A DNA stretch of 64,000 nt from Vulcanimicrobiota bacterium. GTDB lineage: Bacteria; Vulcanimicrobiota; Vulcanimicrobiia; Vulcanimicrobiales; Vulcanimicrobiaceae. Under the pieces are notes generated by a model. That model did no database searches, was not told the origin of the DNA, and saw only the letters and a program-made list of their open reading frames with translations. The stretch lies in contig CAVTCS010000003.1 in the NCBI GenBank assembly GCA_963733295.1, positions 1,760,001 through 1,824,000 on the forward strand. The letters are read 5' to 3'. Positions 7,885-19,127 of the stretch are shown piece by piece. The position numbers were made by a program, and so were the translations under genes. Every line of letters starts with the position of its first letter. The first letter of the stretch is position 1.

Positions 7885-9996
7885 TTAGGGTGCCGCAGGT
7901 TTCAACAGCCCGATGCCGGTATTGAGGACGACTTTCGCACCATCTGCTGAAGCATGCCACGTGCTGGGCTCTGAAGGCTGCGTCCGCGTGAGCGCATCGA
8001 CAAAGCGCCACGCACCTCGATCGAAGCGGAGGACTCCGCTCGAGCCGCACGGCGCATCGAAGCTGTAGTGTAGTGGGGTGTGCGCTGCAACGTAACGCCG
8101 ATCGAGCAGCTTACCGGAGGGCAGCGTGAACGCCGAAACGGTGCCTTCCTCCAGTGCGACGTCGGAGGAGCGAACCGCGACCTCGCTAGAACATGTCGTC
8201 GGTTTGCTCCAGGGTGAGAGGATCTCGAACGTAGCGCTCCTGATTCGACGGGTCGGCTCGGGTTGATTGATGCCCGTATACAAGCGCACGTTAGGTGCCC
8301 CCGGCGGCAGATCCTCACGAGGGAACGTGTCGAGCACCGAGATCGATTGAGTGGCCGGGTCGTACCCAAGCGCGACGACGCGCTCGAGTGGAAACTCGAT
8401 GCGGTCGCGCAGTTCGAACCACTTGACGCTGAGGGTCTTACCCGAAACGGCCCAATCCAATGTCTCTCCTGAATTGTCGGGATAGATCCATAAATCAGAA
8501 GGATCGTTTGTGACGGGCAGATCCGAGGGCGGGGGGTCCAAGAAGAGGCCTAGTGCTGAACGGTACGCCCAGGATGGCTCGAAGAGCGAGCCGTCGATTC
8601 CGGCGGGAAAGTCGTGCAGCACGACGAGCGTGCCCTTCTGCCAAACGCCGCTCTTTTGCACAGTTGCGCGAAATACGTCCTTTTTCTGCTTCCACGCAGC
8701 CTCGTACTGATGGCCGGTCTGAACGAGACGAATGACGCCGAGGGCAACCGCGAAAGCGCAAATGGCTCCCACCGTAAGAAGATTGAGCACCGGACCGATC
8801 CGCGCGACTTTGGTCCAACCACGCTCTAAACGTCGCAGCAGCGCGTAGATCGGCACCAAGGCGACGATCACGAGCAGGAAGCTCGAACCTAACGCCGCGA
8901 TCGCGGTGTACCGTGAAAGGATCGTTTGCGGCGGGGTGCGCTCCACGGTGTAGTGCGCGCCGTTGACGAGATATGGCAACAGGCCGGCGAACGTGATCAG
9001 CAAAGCCCACAGAGCAAGCCACAGCCAACGGCGCGGATTCATAAACTGTGCGACTTCCGCCGGCGCGCTCACATCGCGGTTCGCCACCCAGAGAATCAGC
9101 GCGACGGCTATTCCGAAGCCGGCGGCCGTGATCGGTAGCCCCACGTTTTCGGAGCCGGTTTGCAGTGCTTCGTGAAGCCGCAAGAAACCAAGGCTGACCG
9201 TCTCGACCGTGATCGACTTCAGGCTCGCCGCGAACAATCCGAGCATCGATAGTGGCGAAACCAGCTCCACAGGCCTAACGTCGACGGCTGTCCCGTGAAA
9301 CCGTCCGAAGGCCCACTGAAATTTCGCAAAGGCGAAATGCCAAACAAGATAAGCCCCCAAGGCAAACTCCCAGAGCGCCGTAGGGACGATCCAGGAACGG
9401 CTCCAGGGCTTGCGCCCGCGAACGAGCGTCAAGAACGGAAGCAACGCGAGAAGCGGCACTGCGCTCTCCACTCGCAAAAGATCAACGGCGAGCGGGATAA
9501 AGGCGAAGGCGACGATCCATGGCCGTTGATACTGAATGGCCAACGCCCAGAGAATCGCCGCAGCGAGTATCTCAATGGTGACGAAGCGCGTGCCGATCGA
9601 AGCTGTCGCAAAGAACCTCGAGACATCCGATGGATAGATGACGAAGATCGCGGCGGCGGCGGCGGCGAGAAAGCGACCACTCTGGGGGAGCGCCTTCGAG
9701 AGAAGTATTCGCCCCAGTTCGTATAGCAGAATCGCCGCGACGCCATGTGCCAATATGTTGAAGAAAAGCAGCCACGCCATATTGTTGTGCGCGAACGCAT
9801 ACGCCAGGGCCATCGGCAGATAGCCGAGAGGTCGCGAACCATCCGCGCCGTACCAGCGGCCCTCCGCAATGGCCCGCCAGACGTACCAATCGTCCAAGAC
9901 GAGGCCGACCTTTCCCGCGGCGCTCCCCATCGCAACCAATGGAATTGCTATCAGGGCGCCCCAGGTAATCAAGCGCGAAGCGTTGACGAATGTCAT
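7885..9996 (-). CDS. Polytopic membrane protein, GT-C fold glycosyltransferase-like (GtrII/PMT-like)
   Basis: DDW motif after TM1, RPL loop, 10 or more TM segments, periplasmic C-terminal domain. Confidence 0.6.
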   Translation of the reverse strand: MTFVNASRLITWGALIAIPLVAMGSAAGKVGLVLDDWYVWRAIAEGRWYGADGSRPLGYLPMALAYAFAHNNMAWLLFFNILAHGVAAILLYELGRILLSKALPQSGRFLAAAAAAIFVIYPSDVSRFFATASIGTRFVTIEILAAAILWALAIQYQRPWIVAFAFIPLAVDLLRVESAVPLLALLPFLTLVRGRKPWSRSWIVPTALWEFALGAYLVWHFAFAKFQWAFGRFHGTAVDVRPVELVSPLSMLGLFAASLKSITVETVSLGFLRLHEALQTGSENVGLPITAAGFGIAVALILWVANRDVSAPAEVAQFMNPRRWLWLALWALLITFAGLLPYLVNGAHYTVERTPPQTILSRYTAIAALGSSFLLVIVALVPIYALLRRLERGWTKVARIGPVLNLLTVGAICAFAVALGVIRLVQTGHQYEAAWKQKKDVFRATVQKSGVWQKGTLVVLHDFPAGIDGSLFEPSWAYRSALGLFLDPPPSDLPVTNDPSDLWIYPDNSGETLDWAVSGKTLSVKWFELRDRIEFPLERVVALGYDPATQSISVLDTFPREDLPPGAPNVRLYTGINQPEPTRRIRSATFEILSPWSKPTTCSSEVAVRSSDVALEEGTVSAFTLPSGKLLDRRYVAAHTPLHYSFDAPCGSSGVLRFDRGAWRFVDALTRTQPSEPSTWHASADGAKVVLNTGIGLLKPAAP

Positions 9997-10255
9997 TCCC
10001 CACGCACTTTACGGGGTCTTCATCCAACCTCTTTTATGGGACCATTGCGTAGACAGCGCTCTCACGAATTAGGTCATTACCCGATCGTTTGCGGCTCTAT
10101 CATCGACCCGATGAGTCCGACCGATTTCCTCTGCCCGGCTGCTGGGGGAGCGCGGCGCAGAGCCACTCGACACGTCCGAGCTCACCCGATCGCTCAAGCC
10201 GGACTCGCTTTACGAGAAATCTGTGCTCGAAGCCGCCGCTTGAACTCGATCCCAT

Positions 10256-11253
10256 GCGACGCTTCTCACTTAACAACGCCCCGCAAGCATCGGGAGTAAT
10301 CGGCCTCGATCGTTTCGAAGCGCTGCCTTATGGTAGCGATTCTCGGAGCTGGGGGTCCCATTGGGACCGCGCTCGCCGATTTGCTTGTGGCGAACGGCAC
10401 GCCGCTTCGCCTAGTCGCGCGACATCCAAAGGCCATGGCCGGCGCTGAAATCGCCGCTGCCGATCTTGCCGATCCGGAGCAAACGCTTGCGGCGGTGAAG
10501 GGCGCCGACGTTGCCTGCCTGCTGGTGGGACTCAAGTACGATTTCGCGACTTGGCGAGAGCTTTGGCCGCGCATCATGCGCAACGCAATCGACGCATGCA
10601 AGCGCACCGGGACCAAAATGCTCTTTTTTGACAACGTCTACATGTACGGGCACGTGGATAAACCGATGACCGAGGCGACGCCCTACCGTCCATGCAGCAA
10701 GAAGGGCGAGATTCGCGCGCGCATCGCCAACGAACTCATGGACGCGGTAAACGCGGGAGATCTCACCGCAATGATCGCACGCTCGGCCGATTTCTACGGA
10801 CCACGCACGAAGAGCGGGGTTCCAAACGTACTGGTATTCGAACCGTTCGCAAAACACGGCACGGCCTCGTGGCTCGTGAACGCGCACGTCCCGCATTCGT
10901 TCACTTTTACGTCCGACGCCGCCAAGGGTGTCGCGATGCTGATCGAAAGCGCGTCGGCGTGGAATCAAATTTGGCACCTTCCGACCACACCGGACCCGCC
11001 GACCGGCAAAGCTTTCATCCAGATCGCGGCCGCGGCGTTCGGCGTGCCCGCGAAGTATCGCGTGCTCGGCAAACCGATGCTGCGAGTCGTGGGCCTGTTC
11101 GACCCGATCGTGCGCGAGTCGCTGGAAATGCTGTACCAAAACTCAGGACCGTATCTCTTCGATTCGACAAAGTTCGCGACGAAATTCGGCTTCGTCGGGA
11201 CTCCCTACGCCGAGGGAATCGCCCTTACAGCGAACTCCTACCTTAAGTAGAGC
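10256..11253 (+). repeat. 998-bp direct repeat, copy A (copy B at 19684-20681)
   Basis: Offset 9428 bp; about 10 substitutions seen, all in the 3' half. Confidence 0.95.
10330..11250 (+). CDS. NAD-dependent epimerase/dehydratase (atypical SDR), copy A
   Basis: ILGAGGPIG, DNVYMYG, SKKGEIRA, ADFYGP. Confidence 0.9.
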   Translation: MVAILGAGGPIGTALADLLVANGTPLRLVARHPKAMAGAEIAAADLADPEQTLAAVKGADVACLLVGLKYDFATWRELWPRIMRNAIDACKRTGTKMLFFDNVYMYGHVDKPMTEATPYRPCSKKGEIRARIANELMDAVNAGDLTAMIARSADFYGPRTKSGVPNVLVFEPFAKHGTASWLVNAHVPHSFTFTSDAAKGVAMLIESASAWNQIWHLPTTPDPPTGKAFIQIAAAAFGVPAKYRVLGKPMLRVVGLFDPIVRESLEMLYQNSGPYLFDSTKFATKFGFVGTPYAEGIALTANSYLK

Positions 11254-11289
11254 TGCGCGGTCAGCCGCAGGATACGATTATCACATCCT

Positions 11290-12114
11290 CTACTTCCCAA
11301 ACGCGACAAGCAACAGCCGGACGGCGACAAAAATGAGCGCGATCGCGAGAACGCGCAAGATCGTTTTGCCGGAGGCGTACGCCGAGGCGCGCGCACCGAG
11401 CGGCGCCCCCGCGATCGCACCGGCGCTGCACGCGAGCACGAGAGTCCAGTCGCTGCGATAGTCGCCGTGGATGACGTGCACGAGCGTCCCAACGATCGCG
11501 GTGACGGCGAGCACGGCATGCGAGGTCGCGGTGGCGATGTGCTCGGGAAAGTGCAACAGCGTCACGAGCAGCGGTACGTGGATGATGCCGCCGCCGAGGC
11601 CGAGCAGGCTCGAAAAAAACCCGACGACGACGCTGCCGACAACGCCGATCGCGGGCTCGAAGGACCAATCGTAACGGTTTCCTGCGGTATCGAGCATATG
11701 CCGCGAGGCCCGGCCGGGCGGCGCCGCGCTCGTAACGCGCCGCGTCGGCCGCACGAAGAGCCAGAGCGCGACGAGCAGCAGTACCACGCCGAACATCGGA
11801 TCGAAGAGGCGGCGCGGCACCCAGGCGCTAACGTACGCGCCGGCAATCGCTCCCGGCGTCGTCGCAGCGGCGAACAGCACGAAGCTGCGCAGATCGACGC
11901 GCTTTTGCCGCGAATAACTGGCGGCGCCCGTCGTCGCGTTCGCGGCGACGACCGCGAGCGAGAACGCCGTGACCACCTCGGTCGACCAGTACGGCTCCAA
12001 GAAGACCAGGATCGGCACGAGGATGAAGCCACCGCCGGCGCCGATCAGCGTGCCGATGAACCCAAGAGCGACCCCGCCGAGCGCGGCGATGAGCTCGGGC
12101 AGCAGCTGCGGCAT
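11290..12114 (-). CDS. Sulfite exporter TauE/SafE (TSUP) family
   Basis: Duplicated GAGGGFILVP and GLGGGIIHVP motifs, ATATSH; about 8 TM. Confidence 0.88.
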   Translation of the reverse strand: MPQLLPELIAALGGVALGFIGTLIGAGGGFILVPILVFLEPYWSTEVVTAFSLAVVAANATTGAASYSRQKRVDLRSFVLFAAATTPGAIAGAYVSAWVPRRLFDPMFGVVLLLVALWLFVRPTRRVTSAAPPGRASRHMLDTAGNRYDWSFEPAIGVVGSVVVGFFSSLLGLGGGIIHVPLLVTLLHFPEHIATATSHAVLAVTAIVGTLVHVIHGDYRSDWTLVLACSAGAIAGAPLGARASAYASGKTILRVLAIALIFVAVRLLLVAFGK

Positions 12115-12284
12115 GTCGGTCGCAACCTTAGCCAAGCGGACGGAACACTCCGGCCGAGAGTGAGCCGCCGCTGGAAGACGAGGGGTCAGCGACCGTGCAT
12201 AGCTATGACAGGCGCTCAAAGACAACTGAATTTGCGCCCGAGCCTGGAGGTGCGCTGCGACGGCGCGACCAAACGTTCAACGCG

Positions 12285-13355
12285 CTACGCTGAAAAGATT
12301 TTGCGGCGGAACCACATGAGAAGTGGGATCGTTATCCCGCAGATCGCGCCAATCATTACGACGAGGAGCACGGTGGTGCTGACCGAGCCATTTCCGCCGC
12401 AAAATGCGGCCACGTTGGCGATGGTCGCGAACCAGAAACGACGCAATGGATTCGATTGCTCACCCGCGAAATTGTGCGCGATCGCAACGACGTCATCCGG
12501 GTTCCAGTCCGCGGTCTGGACAACCTCGCGTACGGTACCTTGGCCATCGATCACGATAAGTCGAACGTCGTGGATGTAGTTGGTCGCGCCGTCGGCAATC
12601 GACGAGACGCCGAAGCTGTCGATGACGTCTTTGACCTGCGCCGACTCACCGGTTGCGATCGACCACATGCGCGGGTCGGCGTCGAACTGCCGCCCGTAGG
12701 CCGCGAGAACCGCTGGTGAGTCGTACGTCGGATCGAGCGTTACCTCGACAAGATGGAAGCGGCGCGAGTCGAGGTGGCGCTGCAAGTAGAAGAACTTCCC
12801 ACTGATCGCCGGGCAGACGGTACGATCGGGGCAGCGGCTGAACACGAAGCTGAGGATTGTGACCTTGCCCGCCACCTGGTCGAGGCGCAGCAGACGCCCG
12901 CGCTGATCGACGAGCGCGTAAGGCGGTGCTGGATCGCCCGCCCCGAGGGTGTGCTTGACGAACGGGTTCAGCGTGCCGGCCACGAAACGTCCTGCCGGCA
13001 CGGGCGCGCCGTGCAGCACGAGCCCGTCGCCCCGTTGCTCGACCAGCGCGTCGACTTCGGTTCCGGCCGGGGGCACGCCGCTCGCGGCGATCTCCAGGGC
13101 ATAGATGCCGCCGTGCAGCATGCCGACCACGGGATCCAAGCGCATCAGAACGCGCCCGTTATGCGCCGGCGCCAGCACGAACCCGTGCACGGGGAGCAGA
13201 CCATCGGCACTGGCCGCAGCACACGACATCAACCCGAATCCGAGGATCGCGGTCACTCGAACGAACGCGCAGGGTCCGAGGGTTCGCTGCAAGGCCCGAA
13301 GCAAGCGTCCGAAAACCTTGCCAAGGATCGTCGCGGCGGCGTGAACGCGTTTCAT
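12285..13355 (-). CDS. SCO family copper chaperone with N-terminal extension and C-terminal TM (start uncertain)
   Basis: FSRCPDRTVCP, TLDPTYD, YIHD. Confidence 0.8.
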   Translation of the reverse strand: MKRVHAAATILGKVFGRLLRALQRTLGPCAFVRVTAILGFGLMSCAAASADGLLPVHGFVLAPAHNGRVLMRLDPVVGMLHGGIYALEIAASGVPPAGTEVDALVEQRGDGLVLHGAPVPAGRFVAGTLNPFVKHTLGAGDPAPPYALVDQRGRLLRLDQVAGKVTILSFVFSRCPDRTVCPAISGKFFYLQRHLDSRRFHLVEVTLDPTYDSPAVLAAYGRQFDADPRMWSIATGESAQVKDVIDSFGVSSIADGATNYIHDVRLIVIDGQGTVREVVQTADWNPDDVVAIAHNFAGEQSNPLRRFWFATIANVAAFCGGNGSVSTTVLLVVMIGAICGITIPLLMWFRRKIFSA

Positions 13356-13374
13356 GAACCTGCCGTGGCGCGCT

Positions 13375-14043
13375 TCATGGAAGCAGCGCTCGCATATCGT
13401 GCGCCAAGACGGCCGGTGAGTCACTCCAGTCGTGAATGACGCGCAATTGCCCATTTTCATCGAGCATGTAGATGGCTGAACTGTGCGCCATCTGGTAACC
13501 GGCGGAGCTGCCGTGATTCGGCAGTTTCTGGTGCCAGACGTGATAGGCCGTGTAGAACGAGTCGAGGGCAGCTTCGGATCCTGTCAGCCCGTAGAAATGC
13601 GGATCGAATCGGTCGACGTATCGCTTAAGAGCCGAGACCGTGTCGCGTTGGGGATCTATGGTGACGAACGCAACCGTAACTTTTCGCGCCTCCCTCCCAA
13701 GGAGCCGGTCGGCTCGTACCAGTTTAGCCAACGTGATTGGACAAACGTCGGTGCAGTGCGCATAGCCGAAAAACAGGACAACTTCGCTGCCTCGTTCGTC
13801 GGTAAGATGAAACGATCGACCCTCTTGGTCTATCAAAGCGACCTGGGGCTCGGACGCACTGGTTCGAATCCCGTTTCCGTCCAGTTGCAGAGTCTGCGAA
13901 TTTGCCGCAAACCTGCTCCAGAGGGCACTTCCGAGAATTGCGCAGGCAAAGATGGTGGTAGTAAGTGCGACAACGAGCGGGATCCGACTTCTCAACCTAT
14001 CCGAATATCCCCCAGCTAGCCGAGTTCTTCGGCTCAAGTTCAT
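13375..14043 (-). CDS. SCO1/SenC family copper chaperone
   Basis: FFGYAHCTDVCP, TIDPQRD, AHS; N-terminal TM. Confidence 0.9.
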   Translation of the reverse strand: MNLSRRTRLAGGYSDRLRSRIPLVVALTTTIFACAILGSALWSRFAANSQTLQLDGNGIRTSASEPQVALIDQEGRSFHLTDERGSEVVLFFGYAHCTDVCPITLAKLVRADRLLGREARKVTVAFVTIDPQRDTVSALKRYVDRFDPHFYGLTGSEAALDSFYTAYHVWHQKLPNHGSSAGYQMAHSSAIYMLDENGQLRVIHDWSDSPAVLAHDMRALLP

Positions 14044-14170
14044 TGGTGTCCGCCTTAGCGATCGCTCCGAGCATAGGAGAGGGTTGCCTGAAACGAAGGC
14101 CTAGCAGCCGGGGGCCGACCGACGTGGTCCATGATGCGGATACTATGATACTCTCGACGAAGAAGTGGCG

Positions 14171-14947
14171 ATGAGTCGCGATTCCAACACTTCGCGTCCT
14201 GCATCGGACGGCGCGTCGGTCTTGCAATGCGTTAACGTCGATATTTGGACGGCAGAAGGCCCGACCGTCCGCGCATTCTTTGTGCCGCTCCCCACTCGGA
14301 TGATCATCGTCAAGCTCGGCGACGGATCGCTATGGATAAACTCGCCCGTTGCTGTATCGCGCGAAACGCTTGAGGAGATCGTTGAGCTGGGACCGGTTCA
14401 GTACCTCGTGGCACCTACAATGCTTCACCTTTGGAGGCTAGCGCAATGGCACACGCTATTCCCCCAAGCGCAGCTCTGGGGGCCTCCGAAGATGCCGCGT
14501 GGATTCGCGAGCGCCGCCTTCGCCCGTATCGCACAGATTCCACGCGGGCTTGCGCGCGTCGCCTCAGCGGGCAGTCTACAGGACACTCCGCCGGCAGCGT
14601 GGGCAGGAGACGTGGAACAGCTCGTGTTCAGGGGGAGCTGCCTTATTGAAGAGGCAGAGTTTCTGCACAAGAAGTCACGCACGCTTATTTTAACTGATTT
14701 CATTCAAAACTATAGGGCTAAGGACGGCGACTTCGTGAGCAATCTCGTCAAAAGAGCTGGAGGTGTCTTGAACGGCGGAGTGCCGCGGGACGTGCGCTGG
14801 TCATTCACCAATAGGCTGCTCGCGCGAGCGTCGCTCGAGAAGATGCTTTCATGGGATTTCAATAAGGTGATCGTTGCGCATGGACTTTGCGTCGATCGCG
14901 ACGCAAAGGCATTCGTCGAAGATGCCTTTCGTTGGTTGAAGAGCTAA
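14171..14947 (+). CDS. DUF4336-family protein
   Basis: TRMIIVKLGDGSLWINSP, VAPTMLH, EAEFLHKKSRTLILTD, AHG. Confidence 0.8.
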   Translation: MSRDSNTSRPASDGASVLQCVNVDIWTAEGPTVRAFFVPLPTRMIIVKLGDGSLWINSPVAVSRETLEEIVELGPVQYLVAPTMLHLWRLAQWHTLFPQAQLWGPPKMPRGFASAAFARIAQIPRGLARVASAGSLQDTPPAAWAGDVEQLVFRGSCLIEEAEFLHKKSRTLILTDFIQNYRAKDGDFVSNLVKRAGGVLNGGVPRDVRWSFTNRLLARASLEKMLSWDFNKVIVAHGLCVDRDAKAFVEDAFRWLKS

Positions 14948-14978
14948 CGAAGCGAGCCCTATTGCCGAGCCGCTGCTG

Positions 14979-16160
14979 CTAATAGACTGGTAGCTCGATA
15001 TCGTCGCGTAGTTCAGCGCCTATCAACCGGTCCGCCAGCCATGGGATGCCAAGCAGATCGATCGCGGCGTTGCGCAGCCAGAGTGAGACTCTCGTCTTGG
15101 GTGCAAACGATGATGCAAAGCGCAGCGCTGCCCGCTGCTTCGCTCGGACAAGAGGACCAAAACGCTGTTGATACCGTTCAAACGCCGCCGCATAGTCGCC
15201 GCCGGCGCGATAAAGTTCGCCGGCTAGAATGTACGCCGCAGTCATCGCAAGCCCACAGCCCTCGCCGGCAAGCAGCGAAACGCAGGATGCGGCATCCCCG
15301 ACCAGTGCAATGCGTCCCTGAGACCACGCGTGTGGCGGCTCGATCCGGACTTGGCTGACGCGATCGAAATACCAATCACCGGCACGATCGAGCGCCCTGA
15401 GCATTTCAGGAATCTCCCACTTGCAACCGGCGAACCGGTCGTGCAACAGCGCCCGCTGATCGTTCGGATCGGGGAACCGTTCCCCGTCCCGATCAAGGAA
15501 CGTGAGGAGTACCATCGTACGATCGTCGCGCATTGAGAAGCGCGCTGCCTGACGGCCAACCTCGCTGTACATCACATAGACAAGCTCATCTCGCGGCGAA
15601 TAACGATCTATCTCGAATGCGGCCGCGCCGATGCCGAGGTACTTCTCAGAAGGATCCTTTGAACCGAACATGAGTTCGCGAACCCGCGAATGCAAACCAT
15701 CAGCGCCGACGACGAGGTCGAAATCGCATGCCGTCCCCCGTTCAAACTCGACATGAACGCCGTTTGCGCGTTGCTCCATCCGCTCGATCGCGTCGCCGAA
15801 GATCGTTTCGACGCGGTCCTCAAGCGTTCCGAAGATCGACGCCGCCAGATCCCCGCGCTGCAAACTGACGTAGCGGCCGCCGGTTATGGGTAGAAAGCCG
15901 TCGACGTTTGCTCCGGCGATGCGCCGCCCGCGTGAATCGACGATGCGGAGCTCGCGGACCTCGTAGCCCGCTTGCTTCACTGCGGGCAAGATCCCCATGC
16001 GGCTTGCGATTTCGTAGCCGGAGCCCCAGAAATCGATGACGTAACCACCCGTTCGAAATCTGTCGGCGCGTTCGATCAACACGGGTTTCCACCCATAATG
16101 GGCGAGCCAATACGCTAGTGTCGGCCCGGCGATTCCTGCACCTGAGATCAGCACGTTCAT
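14979..16160 (-). CDS. FAD-dependent monooxygenase/oxidoreductase
   Basis: ISGAGIAG, GADGLHS, LVGDAA motifs. Confidence 0.9.
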   Translation of the reverse strand: MNVLISGAGIAGPTLAYWLAHYGWKPVLIERADRFRTGGYVIDFWGSGYEIASRMGILPAVKQAGYEVRELRIVDSRGRRIAGANVDGFLPITGGRYVSLQRGDLAASIFGTLEDRVETIFGDAIERMEQRANGVHVEFERGTACDFDLVVGADGLHSRVRELMFGSKDPSEKYLGIGAAAFEIDRYSPRDELVYVMYSEVGRQAARFSMRDDRTMVLLTFLDRDGERFPDPNDQRALLHDRFAGCKWEIPEMLRALDRAGDWYFDRVSQVRIEPPHAWSQGRIALVGDAASCVSLLAGEGCGLAMTAAYILAGELYRAGGDYAAAFERYQQRFGPLVRAKQRAALRFASSFAPKTRVSLWLRNAAIDLLGIPWLADRLIGAELRDDIELPVY

Positions 16161-16184
16161 GCTCGGCACGACGGAGGGCGAGGC

Positions 16185-17515
16185 TTAGGCAGAGGGCGAC
16201 GCAGCCGGTTCGGGCCTGATCAGGTCGTCATCCAGCAGAATATCGGTCGGTCCGTCGATCGAGCGCACGACGTAGTGTTTGTAGTGCGGGATGACGATGC
16301 AGGCGCTTTGCGGGTCGGGGACCGAACACGGCTGGAACGGTGCTTTGACACGGTCGCCGGATGCGCCGACGATTTCGTCAATCGTGCCCAACTCCGTTCC
16401 TATCAAGCGGCATGAGTCGCCGTGCAGCGTCGGGCATTCAATCTTGACGACCGTCGGCGCGCGCACGAACGTGCCGGGCAGCGGAACCCAGACGCTCCGA
16501 GCCTTCGAGCTAGCGTCGATCAGTTGTACCTCGAGTGCTCCAAAGGAATCGTTGCCCAGGAGAGCTTCGGGTTCGAATGTGAGGTCTAGCTGGTTCGTAC
16601 CGACTAGCAACGATGCAACTTCCGGTACCGCTCGACCAGCTTGCGCGCCGGGAACAAGACCGCTACACGAACCTCAACTTGCGTCGCCGCAGGCATCAGC
16701 GCGCTCTCCGAGCTGAGCGTCACCTTGGTCGGTACGGTCGAGACGTGGATCCTTTCGTTTGGAAGGATCGAGGGCGGCGAGAGCAATGGGCGCCGGTTGC
16801 GAACGATTAAGGGGAAGACGCGCACGACGTCGTTGCGCTCGAGGAGTGGCGCGCTTACCGTGGCGCCTGGCGTGATCGGTTGGGCAACGGCTGGCCCAGT
16901 AAAACACGCCACCGCCGACGTGGACGACGTATCTTTTGAATACCGCGCGTCGCCGATGCGGAGCGCGTCGACGGCGCCGAAGCGCGACCCGGTCAGTGCG
17001 ACTTCTCGATCGCCGGCATGTGCGACGGCGGCTCCCTCAGAGGTCGAAACGGCCGGAGCGGTATCGCCGATTCGAACCGCTCGTACGGCAACGATCTGCG
17101 CCAAGCCGCTTTCGAACGCCGGGTCCTCCTGAACAAAGACGATTTCCGCCGGACCCGGGGTAAAGGCATCACCGAGATCGGCGTGCAGTGCGACCCGCCC
17201 TGGAGCAAAGGGTTTGACGGTCAACGGGATGCTCGCTGAGTGACCTTGGCGAAGCTCCGCGCCGGTTAAGCACGGAACGGTCCGATCGAGCACCGTCCAC
17301 GACGCATCATGCGGCAACGCGACGGCGAGCGGCGCTGCCGGTAGCGTAACGCCGTTGCGGGTGACGGTCGCGTCGATTCGCGCGCTCGCTCCGCCGGTAC
17401 TCGCCGTGATCGTGAACGGTACGTCGGCGAGCACTGGCCGCGTCGACGGCGCCACGGCGCCGGAGATCAAGACGAGAGCCACCGCGGCGATTTGCGTTCT
17501 TCTAAAGGGTCTCAA
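16185..17515 (-). pseudogene. Secreted beta-rich hypothetical protein split by a frameshift at about 16670
   Basis: Signal-peptide-like N-terminus from TTG 17515. The 16185-16610 frame extends upstream (SCSGLVPGAQAGRAVPEVASLL) and overlaps the end of the 16604-17698 frame. Confidence 0.55.
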
Positions 17516-17869
17516 CCTGTATCCCCAAACCACCGCGTGCGTTCGACGACCAAGTGCTCTTTCCTTAGCGAGCCTCGTCTCCGGACGCGTTTCCTGACTG
17601 CTTAGCTGCTCCGCCAAGTCGACGACCCTTCCGAGCCATCTCGGCCCTGCGTGCAAGCTTTTCTTGGCGCAGTTCAGCGACCCGGGAAACCGAGCCAAAA
17701 CGGCACTTTGCTTCTTATTTAGCCGTGCCCGTTGACGTACTACTTCACTTTATACGTAGATCGATGCTGCTGCCATTCGCAGCGATGGCCGTTTGCCGAG
17801 CGCAAGAGGAACTCTCGGCCCGCTCATTCGAGAAGAATAAAGTGGCGCACGCTAGAAGCCAAACATGTA

Positions 17870-18283
17870 GTGTTAGGGGGATACAGATCCGCACTCCGCG
17901 CGACAGTCGTTGCAAGCGCCGCACCGTACGGATACACTCTTACTATCTGGACGAGTGGCGCCGTGCTCTCCCACGCGCGCGGAATTCCGAATACCGGCGA
18001 GGCGCTTTTCTTTCTGATTGGCGCAGTCGTCGCATACGCACTTGTGGGTGGATTGGCCTTCGTCGAGGTAGAGGGAGCGCTCGCACTGCATCCGGCACGA
18101 GCCGTCGTCTGGGGCGGACTTCACATCTTTTCTGTCGGTCTCGCGATCGGCGCGGCCTCTCTCGTTGCGCACACGATCCGAAATGTGGCTGCATGGCCGC
18201 TCGGAGGCTTCCTTGCCACCGCCATCTACCTCACGGGATCGGCGCTGCAACTCGCCTTTGCCCATGCGGCGCGGCACCGTTAG
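17870..18283 (+). CDS. Small integral membrane protein (start uncertain)
   Basis: SAAPYGYTLTIW followed by about 4 TM helices. Confidence 0.65.
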   Translation: MLGGYRSALRATVVASAAPYGYTLTIWTSGAVLSHARGIPNTGEALFFLIGAVVAYALVGGLAFVEVEGALALHPARAVVWGGLHIFSVGLAIGAASLVAHTIRNVAAWPLGGFLATAIYLTGSALQLAFAHAARHR

Positions 18284-18379
18284 CGGACTCCGCGCGACCA
18301 CGGGGCGAACGGCGAGCGCTGCTCGGCACCACCGCGGAGCTGAACTCGCTCGTGTTAGCGTGATGGGCTTCGCACCGGC

Positions 18380-18934
18380 GTGCTGAGGAACCGCGCGCGC
18401 GCGACCTTCCGTGTCGTGGCGATTCTCGCGGTGCTTCAGTGCGTCTCTTCGGGAACTCGGCCTGCGCTTGCAGAGCAACCCCGTCCCACGGCATCACCTG
18501 CTGGAACGCCCATTCCGCTCTTCCAGCCGATTCTCGCAGCACTTCACGCCGGTACAAGAGTGCCGATTCTCTTGCCCACATGGGTTCCTCAATTTCCAGT
18601 TTCAGGAACAACGCTCACGGCTATCTTAATTCATGTGAGCAGTCGTGGATATGAAATTCACCTCAATGTAGCGATAGCGGGTTGCCCCTCCGAAGGCTGT
18701 TTCGCCGGACTCATCGATTCGGACCCGGCGATCGGCCCAATTGATACGTCCGTTCTCTCCTCGAGCCAAAGGGTAACTCTCAGCAATGGGCTGCACGGTT
18801 ATGTGGGCGAGCCTCTTGGCGCCCCGGCAGTTATTATCTGGGATCGGCGAGGTCGTCGCTACACGATGGCCTTCCCGGTGGTCAACGTTCCCCAAGACCT
18901 GTTGACAATGGCCAATTCGATGACGGCGTATTAA
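18380..18934 (+). CDS. Secreted hypothetical protein
   Basis: Signal peptide ending in ALA; VPILLPTWVP motif; CxxxxC pair. Confidence 0.6.
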   Translation: MLRNRARATFRVVAILAVLQCVSSGTRPALAEQPRPTASPAGTPIPLFQPILAALHAGTRVPILLPTWVPQFPVSGTTLTAILIHVSSRGYEIHLNVAIAGCPSEGCFAGLIDSDPAIGPIDTSVLSSSQRVTLSNGLHGYVGEPLGAPAVIIWDRRGRRYTMAFPVVNVPQDLLTMANSMTAY

Positions 18935-19127
18935 AGACGCTACAATTGCCCGTTCATAGCTAAGGCCGCACGAGATCGATCTCGCTAGTAAGTTCCGTCG
19001 GTGTATCGTCGTACTGGGCGTGCGTTCATATTGGCCCAGGGAACAAGCGTCGGTGAAACAGTCGATCCGCCTTCGGGTGCAATATCGGCCGACAAGTCAA
19101 ATCGTCCGTAGCTGCACGAGGCAGGCC